From: Lachnospiraceae bacterium
Lineage (GTDB): Bacteria; Bacillota; Clostridia; Lachnospirales; Lachnospiraceae
Direction: 5' to 3'
DNA length: 64,000 nucleotides
NCBI GenBank assembly: GCA_017461045.1
Contig: JAFTZJ010000047.1
Span: forward strand, 12,218-76,217
The notes under the pieces are model-generated. The model saw only the letters and a program-made list of their open reading frames with translations. It was not told the origin of the DNA and made no database searches. Below, in pieces: positions 27,993-37,352 of this stretch. The position numbers and the translations under genes were made by a program. The stretch's first letter is position 1. Every line of letters starts with the position of its first letter.

Positions 27993-28199
27993 GCGTCTTC
28001 CTCCCCATTGTTTCTTTTACTTTTTAATTTTGGTTGTAATTAAGTAAAATTATATCAATTTTCTGTCAATTCCGCAAGTATCTGAATTAAGGAATTTCAA
28101 GAAAATCCGCCGCAAAACCAAACCGCCTTTTCATTGACTAATTTATCCATCTATACTAAAATGTTAAATAAGTATGACTATGTATTTTGGAGGCAGATT

Positions 28200-29615
28200 T
28201 TGAATAAATTAGTTTGGAAAATCACTACGGTTTTATTGAGTAGTTTGATTCTTTTTTCATATAGTGTTCTGCCACAAGGCCATCTTGCAGAAGTTCTGGC
28301 TACTGAAGTGACAGAAACCGTACCGGAAGGAACAGATGCGGAATCAACCGAGACACCTTCCGAACCGGCAGCAATTACCGACCCAAATGCACCGGCCATC
28401 GTGGCCAATTCAGCAATTGTTATAGATGCAAAAACCGGGCATATATTATATGGAAAGAACGAGCATGCCCGTTGCTATCCGGCAAGTATTACAAAAGTTA
28501 TGACCTGCATGGTTGCTTTGGAGCATGTGAATCTCAATGATACTGTCACCTTTTCTGAGAATGCCATTTGGGGCATCGAGCGTGACAGTAACCATATTGC
28601 CTTGGACGTGGGCGAGCAGATTACAGCCGAACAATGTCTTTATGCGGTTATGTTACAATCTGCCAACGAAGCATCTTGGGGAATTGCTGAGCACGTTTCC
28701 GGGTCTTTGGAAGATTTCACGAATTTGATGAATGCAAAAGCACTGGCACTTGGATGTAAGGATACCAACTTCGTAAACGCCAATGGTTTGCACGATGAAA
28801 ATCATTACACCACCGCCTATGATATGGCACTCATTATGAAGGCAGCGATTCAGAACCCAATGTTTCTGACCATTACAGAAACTAAGTATTATCAGATTCC
28901 GCCTACGAACCTCTGCGAAGAACAACGGGATTTGTGGCATCAATTAAAAATGCTCTATCCTACTAGTTCTTATTATTACGAACCGGTTGTCAGCGGAAAA
29001 ACCGGCTTCACGGACCAGGCACATAATACCTTGGTTACCTACGCTGAAAAGAACGGAATGGAATTGATTTGTGTTATTCTGGATTGCGAAGGCGCTGCCA
29101 ACGGCTATAACGATTCCATTGCACTTTATGATTACTATTTTAATAATTATACCTATGCGTATCCGCTTCAAACCTTTAATCCGAATACGCAAAATCACAC
29201 CGATTATATTGTAAATAATTTCTATCGGGGCTTGGATCATAACACCTTGAACCTTACTGTGGATAATGATTTGGCTGTCGTAGTTCCTCGTAATATGGAT
29301 GCAGCTGCACTGACCACCCAGACCAGTTATTACACAACCTTAGAGGATAACATTGTGGGCAAGGTCTCCGTACTCTACAACGGTACAGTTCTTGGAGAAT
29401 CCGACATTCAATACAGTGATATGACCATTAACGGAGAAGTTCTGCGATGGGGATTTACTCCGGAGGAGAAGAAGAAACGAACAAACATAACCTTGATTGT
29501 TGCAATTTCTGTGGTCGTTGTAGTGGCTGTTGGTTTGTTTATTGTCTTCCGATTTAAGACCCGTCGATATCGATATTTGAAACGTCGTAGTCGCAGTAGT
29601 CGATTACATTGGTAA
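28200..29615 (+). CDS. D-alanyl-D-alanine carboxypeptidase (S11, PBP5-type) with C-terminal TM anchor
   Basis: Motifs are SxxK (SITKVMT), SxN (QSANEA) and KTG (GKTGFT). I prefer a TTG start at 28200 (SD GGAGG plus a 6-nt spacer), which gives a signal-peptide-like MNKLVWKITTVLLSSLILFS. The track ORF starts at 28134. Confidence 0.85.
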   Translation: MNKLVWKITTVLLSSLILFSYSVLPQGHLAEVLATEVTETVPEGTDAESTETPSEPAAITDPNAPAIVANSAIVIDAKTGHILYGKNEHARCYPASITKVMTCMVALEHVNLNDTVTFSENAIWGIERDSNHIALDVGEQITAEQCLYAVMLQSANEASWGIAEHVSGSLEDFTNLMNAKALALGCKDTNFVNANGLHDENHYTTAYDMALIMKAAIQNPMFLTITETKYYQIPPTNLCEEQRDLWHQLKMLYPTSSYYYEPVVSGKTGFTDQAHNTLVTYAEKNGMELICVILDCEGAANGYNDSIALYDYYFNNYTYAYPLQTFNPNTQNHTDYIVNNFYRGLDHNTLNLTVDNDLAVVVPRNMDAAALTTQTSYYTTLEDNIVGKVSVLYNGTVLGESDIQYSDMTINGEVLRWGFTPEEKKKRTNITLIVAISVVVVVAVGLFIVFRFKTRRYRYLKRRSRSSRLHW

Positions 29616-29640
29616 AATAATTTAGAAAGGGAACATACGC

Positions 29641-30879
29641 ATGAGCGAGAAAGCATTCAATATAATTGAAGAATTAGATGCCATTGCCAAAGAAGATGCC
29701 TCGGCTGTAACAGCAGAAGAATCCCCATCTTCCATTGATGACAATCTGAACACCTTGCGGACCACCAACTGGGACATATTAAACTATTTCCGGTCTGCCT
29801 ATGTTACCCAATCAGAACAGATTCAGAGTTTAAAATCCGAATTATTTGAATTGGATGTGAAGATTGAAGAACTGCAGAAGACCAAGGATATCTATTCCTT
29901 CCAGTCAGATACCAGACGAAATATTTTTTCACCACTACCATCTTCCACTACTACACAGGGGAAGGGGCAGGTAATCCAAGCACAGTTAGACGAATTGCAG
30001 GGAGTTCGCATTTCCTTAGCAGAGAAAATCAATAGTTTGGATATTGAATTAAGCACAATCCGCAATCACATTCAGGCACTTGAAGCCGCAAACCAGTGCT
30101 TATCATCCCTTTATCAGAATCTTCCGCAACCAGAGTCAGAGGAACCGGAAAATGAGACCTCCGAGATTACACTAACATCTGTCTCAACGGAAGAATCACC
30201 GGTAACTCATGCAAGTCAGATATTAATGCTGCACCAGTATGATAAGTCCCGGGCAGCTGACCGGATACGCACTACCATCCGACAGAATATTGAGAATAAC
30301 CAGAACAAACTGGATGTATTAAAATGGTTAATCCAGTCTGATCCAACCAGAGCCCGATTAACCTTACAGGAATTGCAGGATACGAATCAGCGTTTACTAA
30401 GTGCTACCGATTCCGTTTTACAGGAACTGGACAATGACTTACATTATCAATGTCCAATCTGGTTAGCAATTGATGACTGCATACAAAAGTATCGGACACA
30501 GCATCCGGAATGTACCATCGATGCTGCTGTGGATTGCACAGATTACGACATCAAAGTATTGCCAATTATTACCATTACCTTATTGCAGTTAATGAAGGAA
30601 GTAATGAACAACATTTTCTATTACTCCAACGCCAACAAGGTTCTGGTAAAAGTATATATTAACAGTCGCATGATTGACGTCTATGTAAATGACAACGGTG
30701 TAGGTATCGGTTCCAATTACTTAACCGGAAGCCCATGGCACAGCGGTCTGCATCGGTTACATGAAATTATATACCTGCTGGGTGGCAAGGTGCAAATCGA
30801 TGGCGACATCATCAGCGGAACCAATGTCCGCTTCTCATTCCCAATTGCCTTGGCGGATGCAGAACCAACCAAAGTTTAA
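29641..30879 (+). CDS. Cytoplasmic coiled-coil protein with C-terminal GHKL (HATPase_c) domain; DegS-like sensor kinase homologue with a non-canonical H-box
   Basis: 412 aa with no TM. The N-terminus is long and heptad-rich. The N-box is MKEVMNNIFYYSNA, G1 is VNDNGVGIG and G2 is GLHRLHEIIYLLGG. Confidence 0.55.
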   Translation: MSEKAFNIIEELDAIAKEDASAVTAEESPSSIDDNLNTLRTTNWDILNYFRSAYVTQSEQIQSLKSELFELDVKIEELQKTKDIYSFQSDTRRNIFSPLPSSTTTQGKGQVIQAQLDELQGVRISLAEKINSLDIELSTIRNHIQALEAANQCLSSLYQNLPQPESEEPENETSEITLTSVSTEESPVTHASQILMLHQYDKSRAADRIRTTIRQNIENNQNKLDVLKWLIQSDPTRARLTLQELQDTNQRLLSATDSVLQELDNDLHYQCPIWLAIDDCIQKYRTQHPECTIDAAVDCTDYDIKVLPIITITLLQLMKEVMNNIFYYSNANKVLVKVYINSRMIDVYVNDNGVGIGSNYLTGSPWHSGLHRLHEIIYLLGGKVQIDGDIISGTNVRFSFPIALADAEPTKV

Positions 30880-30908
30880 TCATAACAATGACGAAAGGAT
30901 TTTGACCC

Positions 30909-32603
30909 ATGAAAGAACAATTAGCTGAAATTATTTCCCAAAATGTAGAAGGACTTTCTTCTGCAGATATCTTAGGATTATTAGAAGTACCGCCAAAGCC
31001 GGAGTTGGGCGATTATGCATTTCCTTGCTTCCGTCTTGCCAAGACCATGCATAAGGCACCAAATCTGATTGCAGAAGATTTGAAGAACGCAATTACCGGT
31101 GCCCTTGATTTCATTGATGAAATTAAAGTTCAGGGTGCTTACTGTAACTTCTATATTAAGAAGGACTTATTTGTAAAGACCATGTTAGAAACCGCAAGTG
31201 TTGAGAATTTCGGCAGCTCAACCGTTGGTGAAGGAAAGGCAATCTGTATTGACTACTCTTCCCCAAACGTAGCAAAGAATTTCCACGTTGGACACCTTCG
31301 TACCACCATTATTGGTAATTCTTTATATAAGATTTATAGCAAATTAGGCTATACCGTTCACCGCATTAATCACTTAGGGGACTGGGGAACACAGTTTGGT
31401 AAATTAATTGTTGCATACAAGACTTGGGGTTCTAAAGAAGCCGTCGAAGAACGCGGAATTGCAGAATTAATGCAATTATATGTGAAGTTCCACGAGGAAG
31501 CAGACAAGGACGAAACCTTAATCGAACAAGCCCGCGCCTGGTTCGTGAAAATGGAACAAGGTGACGAAGAAGCCTTATCCATTTGGCAGTGGTTCAAGGA
31601 TATTAGTATGATTGAATACCGTCGCGCGTACAATCTGCTTGGAGTAGAGTTCGACTCCTATAATGGCGAAAGCTTCTATCGGGACAAGACTCAGGCAGTG
31701 GTTGATAAAATCGAAAACGCACAGTTGCTAAAGGAAAGTGAGGGTGCTTATATCGTAGACTTATCCGAATACGATATGGCTCCATGTATTATTAAGAAGG
31801 CCGATGGCGGTTCCATCTATGCTACTCGTGACTTAGCTGCGATTTTCTACCGCAAGGAAACCTACGATTTCGTGAAGTGCCTGTATGTTACCGGACAGGA
31901 GCAGAAATTGCACTTTGCTCAGGTATTCAAAGTAGTGGAATTATTAGGAAATGATTGGGCTTCCAGTCAGTTAGTTCATATCCCATACGGTTTGGTCAGC
32001 TTGGAAGGTGCTAAGCTTTCTACCCGTAGCGGTAATATTATTTACGCAGAAGATATTTTATTAGAAGCCATTTCCAAGGTAAAAGAGGTTATCCAAGAGA
32101 AGAATCCGGACCTTGAGAATAAAGATGAAGTTGCAAAAATGGTTGGTGTAGGCGCAATTATTTTCAACGACTTATACAACCAGAGAATCAAAGACGTTTC
32201 CTTCAAATGGGAGAAGATTCTGAACTTCGAAGGCGAAACCGGCCCATATGTACAGTACACTTATGCTCGTTGCAGCAGCTTGCTTCGTGCAGTACCGGAC
32301 TTCGACGAAACCGCAGATATTGACTACTCAATCCTTACAGATTTAGATTCCATGGAATTGTTGAAGGCAATCAACAAATTCCCGAAGGTAGTTGCAGATG
32401 CGGCTGAGAAATACGAACCATTCTTGGTTTCCCGTTTTGCAATTGAAGTAGCACAGGCATTTAACCGTTTTTATAACAGTAACCGTATTAACGTACCGGA
32501 AGAGGATGTGCGAAATGCACGCCTGAAATTAGTTGCCGTTACACGCAAGACTCTACGGGATGCGTTGGCGTTGCTTGGAATTAACTGTCCGGAACAAATG
32601 TAA
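30909..32603 (+). CDS. argS: Arginine--tRNA ligase
   Basis: 564 aa with a class I HIGH-type motif (NFHVGHLR), KMSKS-type KLSTRSG and a C-terminal DALR anticodon-binding region. Confidence 0.95.
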   Translation: MKEQLAEIISQNVEGLSSADILGLLEVPPKPELGDYAFPCFRLAKTMHKAPNLIAEDLKNAITGALDFIDEIKVQGAYCNFYIKKDLFVKTMLETASVENFGSSTVGEGKAICIDYSSPNVAKNFHVGHLRTTIIGNSLYKIYSKLGYTVHRINHLGDWGTQFGKLIVAYKTWGSKEAVEERGIAELMQLYVKFHEEADKDETLIEQARAWFVKMEQGDEEALSIWQWFKDISMIEYRRAYNLLGVEFDSYNGESFYRDKTQAVVDKIENAQLLKESEGAYIVDLSEYDMAPCIIKKADGGSIYATRDLAAIFYRKETYDFVKCLYVTGQEQKLHFAQVFKVVELLGNDWASSQLVHIPYGLVSLEGAKLSTRSGNIIYAEDILLEAISKVKEVIQEKNPDLENKDEVAKMVGVGAIIFNDLYNQRIKDVSFKWEKILNFEGETGPYVQYTYARCSSLLRAVPDFDETADIDYSILTDLDSMELLKAINKFPKVVADAAEKYEPFLVSRFAIEVAQAFNRFYNSNRINVPEEDVRNARLKLVAVTRKTLRDALALLGINCPEQM

Positions 32604-32611
32604 AATCAGAC

Positions 32612-32652
32612 AAAAAGAGCGTAACAGATGTTTTCATCCGTTACGCTTTTTA
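32612..32652 (+). terminator. Terminator after argS
   Basis: Stem AGCGTAAC / GTTACGCT flanked by an A-run and a T-run (AAAAAGAGCGTAAC...GTTACGCTTTTT). Confidence 0.7.
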
Positions 32653-32667
32653 ATATCTATTAATGCA

Positions 32668-33111
32668 TTATTTCACCGTCATTTCCTTCATATACACGAT
32701 GTAATTGTTCGGCTTTTTCTCATCAAAAACAACCGGTACAAAGTAGGTTTGAGTAGATTTTTGAATTTCCTCAAAATTCATTAATGTTGTTTTACATATT
32801 CCCTTAAATATGTATGTTTTATCACTGTCGTAACAGGTAAAATCTGCTTTCAGTGAAAAACCTCTTACAAAATTCGGCTGTAATTCCATTGTTTCTTTTA
32901 TTAACTTAGCATACACTTTTTTACCGGTTTGCTTTAACTTCTTTTCTTCTCCTATTGCAAGAAAAATAAGAACACTCAAAACAACCACTATAATTGCTAG
33001 TGCAATTGTAATTACATTTAGTCCTTCAACCAAACATACACATATAAACGCTATCAATGATACTACCACCGACACTAACAATACTGATTTTATAATATTT
33101 CTCTTATTCAT
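32668..33111 (-). CDS. Small two-TM membrane protein, paralogue array member P1 (DUF3592-like architecture, unverified)
   Basis: 147 aa. Two N-terminal TM helices are followed by a roughly 85-aa beta-rich domain beginning GKKVYAKLIKE. Confidence 0.6.
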   Translation of the reverse strand: MNKRNIIKSVLLVSVVVSLIAFICVCLVEGLNVITIALAIIVVVLSVLIFLAIGEEKKLKQTGKKVYAKLIKETMELQPNFVRGFSLKADFTCYDSDKTYIFKGICKTTLMNFEEIQKSTQTYFVPVVFDEKKPNNYIVYMKEMTVK

Positions 33112-33123
33112 ACTCTTTGTTCC

Positions 33124-33585
33124 CTATACAACTCGCTCTAACGCTTCTCCCAAATACACAATTGATTTGCTTTCGTCCTGTTCTAAGTATCCTACTAATA
33201 CCACGATGTCTTCATGTTTCAATGCTTTTTCTAATGTTCTATAATGTATGAAATCTCTTCCGGAAAAAGTCAATGTCTTTCCCGTCTTTTCATCATGATA
33301 GGAAACGGAAGCTCGGACAATATACATCTCTCTAAAAAACAATCTTGACTTTACTGACTCTTTTATCAATGTTCCTTGAACAAACTTTCCTTCTTTATCG
33401 ATTTTTCTATCTTTTGAATACTCTGAAATAAATTTGTACCAGCATATAACGGCTACAACCATGTGCAGTATAGAAAGGATCATCTGTACAGTGGTACTTC
33501 CCTTGTTCGAAATCCAAAGAACAATTGCTGAACCTGTACTTATAAACGCAAATTGAAATGATACATAAAGCCATATAGATTTCAT
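33124..33585 (-). CDS. Small two-TM membrane protein, array member P2
   Basis: 153 aa with the same layout; the domain begins GKFVQGTLIKE. Confidence 0.6.
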   Translation of the reverse strand: MKSIWLYVSFQFAFISTGSAIVLWISNKGSTTVQMILSILHMVVAVICWYKFISEYSKDRKIDKEGKFVQGTLIKESVKSRLFFREMYIVRASVSYHDEKTGKTLTFSGRDFIHYRTLEKALKHEDIVVLVGYLEQDESKSIVYLGEALERVV

Positions 33586-33618
33586 TTTCTCTCCCCCTTT
33601 GTTGATAATATTGTTGTA

Positions 33619-34122
33619 CTATCTCCCTCGCATATTCTTCATCCTACATACTTCATCATATCGAATTATCTGTATCTCCTCTTCCTTTTCTGCTAGATAT
33701 TCTTGTAGCAAAATGGCTCCATGTTTTTTCATGTATTTATCTACAACAATATACATATCCGGATTCTTATCCAATATTTTACTCACTTCATATGTCTCAA
33801 CAATTACAGAAATCGTAGAATAGGTGTACCTCTGTTCTGTTTCCGGATCAATATAAGCTACTTTAATATATGTCCACGGACGATAAATCATATATTCGCA
33901 GACCTTTCCAACCAAAACTTCCCCGCGAGATATCATATTGTTGTATTTTCTCATTCTTACTATTTCTTCTATTAATATAATTAATGCCACAATAAGAAAA
34001 ACAAAAGCCACTTTCTTGCAGTCACTGAGCCATGAAATAATTATGACTACAATGCATGCAAATATTAGGACATTCTCCCACATGTTCCAGATTCGTTTAT
34101 TCTTAATCTTGATATTCTCCAT
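33619..34122 (-). CDS. Small two-TM membrane protein, array member P3
   Basis: 167 aa with the same layout; the domain begins GEVLVGKVCEY. It is preceded by 86-nt leader repeat copy A. Confidence 0.6.
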   Translation of the reverse strand: MENIKIKNKRIWNMWENVLIFACIVVIIISWLSDCKKVAFVFLIVALIILIEEIVRMRKYNNMISRGEVLVGKVCEYMIYRPWTYIKVAYIDPETEQRYTYSTISVIVETYEVSKILDKNPDMYIVVDKYMKKHGAILLQEYLAEKEEEIQIIRYDEVCRMKNMRGR

Positions 34123-34133
34123 ATCGCTGTTCC

Positions 34134-34219
34134 CACTCCCTTAATTTATCGACGGTTTGCGTGTTCGGAATCCCCTCTAAGTATTCACGAATGATGATCT
34201 TCTATTTGCTCTATTATCA
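34134..34219 (-). repeat. 86-nt leader repeat, copy A (upstream of P3)
   Basis: 84 of 86 positions are identical to 35877-35962 by my hand alignment. It ends in the SD AAGGGAGTG. Confidence 0.9.
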
Positions 34220-34233
34220 ACGTATTTAACCTC

Positions 34234-34701
34234 TTATCCATTGATTTTTTCGACTTCCTCTTCCAAAAACACATGGTATATGCTGTGATTTTCCTTTAAG
34301 TACACAACTTTCACTTCTTCAATCTCTTTTGTCTTTTCAACTATTTCTAATGGCATAAATCCAGAAATAATTGTCTTACCGGTAAATAATTCGATTGTCC
34401 CTCTCTCTTCATCAAAGCAACTAACCTGCGCTTCAACTTCGATACTATTTCTGCCAACTAATTTTGTTTTAACTAATTCAGGAACCAATTTACCGACAAC
34501 GTATGTTCCATTTTTCAGTTGTGCTTCTATTTTTATCTTTTTTCTTATATATATAGCCAAGACCACTAATAAAGATAATGAAACAAGTATACATAGCAGT
34601 AACACATATGGGATTTCATATAATACAATACCTAGAATCAATACAATTGCCGCACAAATTGATAAACTTATTACCAGCCCATCTTTGATAAATGCTTTCA
34701 T
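34234..34701 (-). CDS. Small two-TM membrane protein, array member P4
   Basis: 155 aa with the same layout; the domain begins GTYVVGKLVPE. Confidence 0.6.
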   Translation of the reverse strand: MKAFIKDGLVISLSICAAIVLILGIVLYEIPYVLLLCILVSLSLLVVLAIYIRKKIKIEAQLKNGTYVVGKLVPELVKTKLVGRNSIEVEAQVSCFDEERGTIELFTGKTIISGFMPLEIVEKTKEIEEVKVVYLKENHSIYHVFLEEEVEKING

Positions 34702-34708
34702 TAGTAAA

Positions 34709-34753
34709 TTACCCCCTCAGCGTCATTTCCTTCATATACACGATGTAATTATT
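34709..34753 (-). pseudogene. Relic 3' end of a P1-like paralogue
   Basis: The minus strand reads NNYIVYMKEMTLRG-stop. The 30 nt at 34721-34750 are identical to 32677-32706, which encode the C-terminus (NNYIVYMKEMT) of P1. No start or upstream frame is present. Confidence 0.6.
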
Positions 34754-34763
34754 AAAATTTTAG

Positions 34764-35324
34764 TTAAATCTCTTCATTTTCCCAAATTTCTTTTCGTTCC
34801 TTTTGGCTATTTATGTGATTCCAATACATAAACGGATAGAGAACAAGCATTACTACAAACAGAGCAATTCCACCCGAATACACACCAAAATCAGTCTCTA
34901 TCGGCTCTATCTGTTTGACAATAACAGCGAGTATTACACCCACTACTCCGCCACAAACAAGTACCATCATTTTCTTTCCCCATAAATTCGTTGGAATATA
35001 CGCACTTTGCCTGACAGCTATCCATGGTTTACTAACACTAACGCCAATCGTACATTTGTCTCCTATCCTGTCATTATGCTTCCTTCGTATGCAAACCCTA
35101 TTCTGCTGTGCATCTTCATCCTGAAACTGCATAATGCTTACTTCTCCCCAAGGACACTCTTTCAGTTCTATTATTTCGCCTAAATATGTTTTAAAATCTA
35201 TTTTAAGAATGCGTTTTAGCAACCAAACCAAAACATCTCCTAAACACTCCTGAACCAACAATATCGCTAAACAACCTACACATACAATTATGATAGTAAT
35301 TAGTACTTCATATATTTTTTCCAT
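34764..35324 (-). CDS. Membrane protein, array member P5 (TM, beta domain, two TM)
   Basis: 186 aa from MEKIYEV (ATG 35322-35324, SD GAAGGAGA); the track ORF extends to 35375, overlapping P6. The architecture differs from the other members in having C-terminal TM helices. Confidence 0.55.
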   Translation of the reverse strand: MEKIYEVLITIIIVCVGCLAILLVQECLGDVLVWLLKRILKIDFKTYLGEIIELKECPWGEVSIMQFQDEDAQQNRVCIRRKHNDRIGDKCTIGVSVSKPWIAVRQSAYIPTNLWGKKMMVLVCGGVVGVILAVIVKQIEPIETDFGVYSGGIALFVVMLVLYPFMYWNHINSQKERKEIWENEEI

Positions 35325-35328
35325 TCTA

Positions 35329-35865
35329 TCACTTTCTCCTTCTTTTGAAAAAATCCAATTCCGGTAATATTTCATCTTTGTACTTTATTTCATTCATGAT
35401 GCAGTACTCTTCGATTAATGCCATTCCTTTTCGCGGATTTTTCAAATCTACTATTATGCGAATATCCGGAGAGTTTTCAATAAATTGTTGCAGTCGAACA
35501 GGATCCATCACATATGTAGTAGTTGTCTTGTATTTATATGTTTTCTTAGTCTCAGCGTCTTCATATTTTGTAACCATTATAATTCCTGTTAGCTTCATAC
35601 CAGCTGAAACAGCACTTCCATTCACAATAGTTCCATGTTCCACTAAATATTTCTCTAATGATACTTCACGTATCAACAGAAACAAAGAGTCCCCAAACAT
35701 TGCAATGCACAAACCTGTTACAATCAAGAAGTACCCGGCATAGCCAATACCCTTAATAAACAATAGAACTTGTAATACAATAACCACTATCGTAGGTATC
35801 AGCGATATTAGCGTTGGAACAAAATAATATCGTTCATATAATTGTTTATTTCTCAAATCTCCCAT
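35329..35865 (-). CDS. Small two-TM membrane protein, array member P6
   Basis: 178 aa; the domain begins HGTIVNGSAVS. It is preceded by 86-nt leader repeat copy B. Confidence 0.6.
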   Translation of the reverse strand: MGDLRNKQLYERYYFVPTLISLIPTIVVIVLQVLLFIKGIGYAGYFLIVTGLCIAMFGDSLFLLIREVSLEKYLVEHGTIVNGSAVSAGMKLTGIIMVTKYEDAETKKTYKYKTTTTYVMDPVRLQQFIENSPDIRIIVDLKNPRKGMALIEEYCIMNEIKYKDEILPELDFFKRRRK

Positions 35866-35876
35866 TTATCTTTTTT

Positions 35877-35962
35877 CACTCCCTTAATATATCGACGGTT
35901 TGCGTGTTCGGAATCCCCTCTAAGTATTCACGAATGAAGATCTTCTATTTGCTCTATTATCA
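35877..35962 (-). repeat. 86-nt leader repeat, copy B (upstream of P6; touches the MATE stop codon)
   Basis: See copy A. The two mismatches are TTAATATATC versus TTAATTTATC and GAATGAAGATC versus GAATGATGATC. Confidence 0.9.
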
Positions 35963-37324
35963 TCGTAACCCTTCCACATTCTCCCGTGTAATATTCCTTG
36001 CCCATCTGTATTTCTTATAGTGTATATACACCGCTGGAATTTTTACGAACTCATCCAATGTAAGAATCGCTGCCACCACAAGCACCGGAGCATGCAGAAC
36101 AAATGCCGCAACCACACCTAACGGAACCACTACCGCCCACAAGGTAATCACATCGCAAATCATACCAAATCGTGTATCTCCTCCTGCCGGGAATATACCG
36201 GCAATAACTGTGGAATTCAGAGAATTTCCTATAATGTAATATGCCGCCATAAGCATCATGCCCTTCAAATAATATTCCGCCTGTGAACTCAACTCAATAA
36301 CCTGCATTACCAAAGGAGTAAGTGCCAGAATCACCAAGCCGGAACCAATACCAATCCATATAGAGAAACGCACAAAACTTCCCCCGGCTTTTTTCGCTTC
36401 TTCGATTTCATTTCTGCCAAGCATACCACCAATGATAATTCCTACACCCGCAGCAATTCCCCAACACAGGCTGGCAATCATACACCGTACGATTCCGGCT
36501 ATGGAATTCGCTGCCGTAGCATCGCTTCCCAGATGTCCCATGATGACCGAATACATGGTGATACCTCCACCCCAGCCAATCTGATTTATCAATAATGGTA
36601 TGGTAAATTTCCAGTAATCCTTATGCAGAATCTTATTAGCAGTTCCCAGCATCATTTTCACTCGCAGGGTAACACAACGACCTTGCAGCATGACGAATAA
36701 AACCGCAACCGCTTCAAATACTCTCGCACATACAGTTGCCAGTGCTGCACCCTTAATTCCCATTCCCGGAATTCCGGCAACACCAAAGATAAAACAAGCA
36801 TTTAAAATGATATTTATAACGACTGCCAAAGAACCAATAACCGAACTGAGTCTTGCCCTGTCACACACCTTCATAATTCCATAGTACACTTGAGAAATTC
36901 CGGTCAGCACAAAGGACAACGATACCACACGCAAATATTCGGCACCTGTTTCAATCAGTAACGGGTCCGATGTAAAAATATGCATAATTGCTTTCGGCAC
37001 AAATAAGGTTGCTAACGTGAAGATACCACCCACCAGCAAAGCATATCGCATGGTGATTGCCAGTACCGCTTCCACCGAATGCATTTCTTTCTTGCCCCAG
37101 TATTGTGCCGCCAGCACATTACAGCCACTTACAAATGCACCATAGAATAGCTGGTACACAAATGCCACCTGGGTTGCCAGAGATACAGCTGACAAGGAAT
37201 CCTGATCTAAGAATCCTAACATAAATGCATCCGATGCACTCACAAGTGATGACATTAAATACTGAAATGCAATAGGTGCTACAATAATATATAGTTTTTT
37301 ATAAAGCTCTCTGTACGTTTTCAT
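35960..37324 (-). CDS. MATE family efflux transporter
   Basis: 454 aa, 12-TM-type, with a typical MATE N-terminus (YKKLYIIVAPIAFQYLMSSLVSASDAFMLG). Confidence 0.9.
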   Translation of the reverse strand: MKTYRELYKKLYIIVAPIAFQYLMSSLVSASDAFMLGFLDQDSLSAVSLATQVAFVYQLFYGAFVSGCNVLAAQYWGKKEMHSVEAVLAITMRYALLVGGIFTLATLFVPKAIMHIFTSDPLLIETGAEYLRVVSLSFVLTGISQVYYGIMKVCDRARLSSVIGSLAVVINIILNACFIFGVAGIPGMGIKGAALATVCARVFEAVAVLFVMLQGRCVTLRVKMMLGTANKILHKDYWKFTIPLLINQIGWGGGITMYSVIMGHLGSDATAANSIAGIVRCMIASLCWGIAAGVGIIIGGMLGRNEIEEAKKAGGSFVRFSIWIGIGSGLVILALTPLVMQVIELSSQAEYYLKGMMLMAAYYIIGNSLNSTVIAGIFPAGGDTRFGMICDVITLWAVVVPLGVVAAFVLHAPVLVVAAILTLDEFVKIPAVYIHYKKYRWARNITRENVEGLR

Positions 37325-37352
37325 AATTATTAGTTACTTTCACATAATTTTT

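Noticed and set aside
30880-30908. A T-box leader upstream of argS.
   Set aside because: The gap to the preceding ORF is only 29 nt, which is far too short for a T-box. argS appears co-transcribed with the upstream genes.
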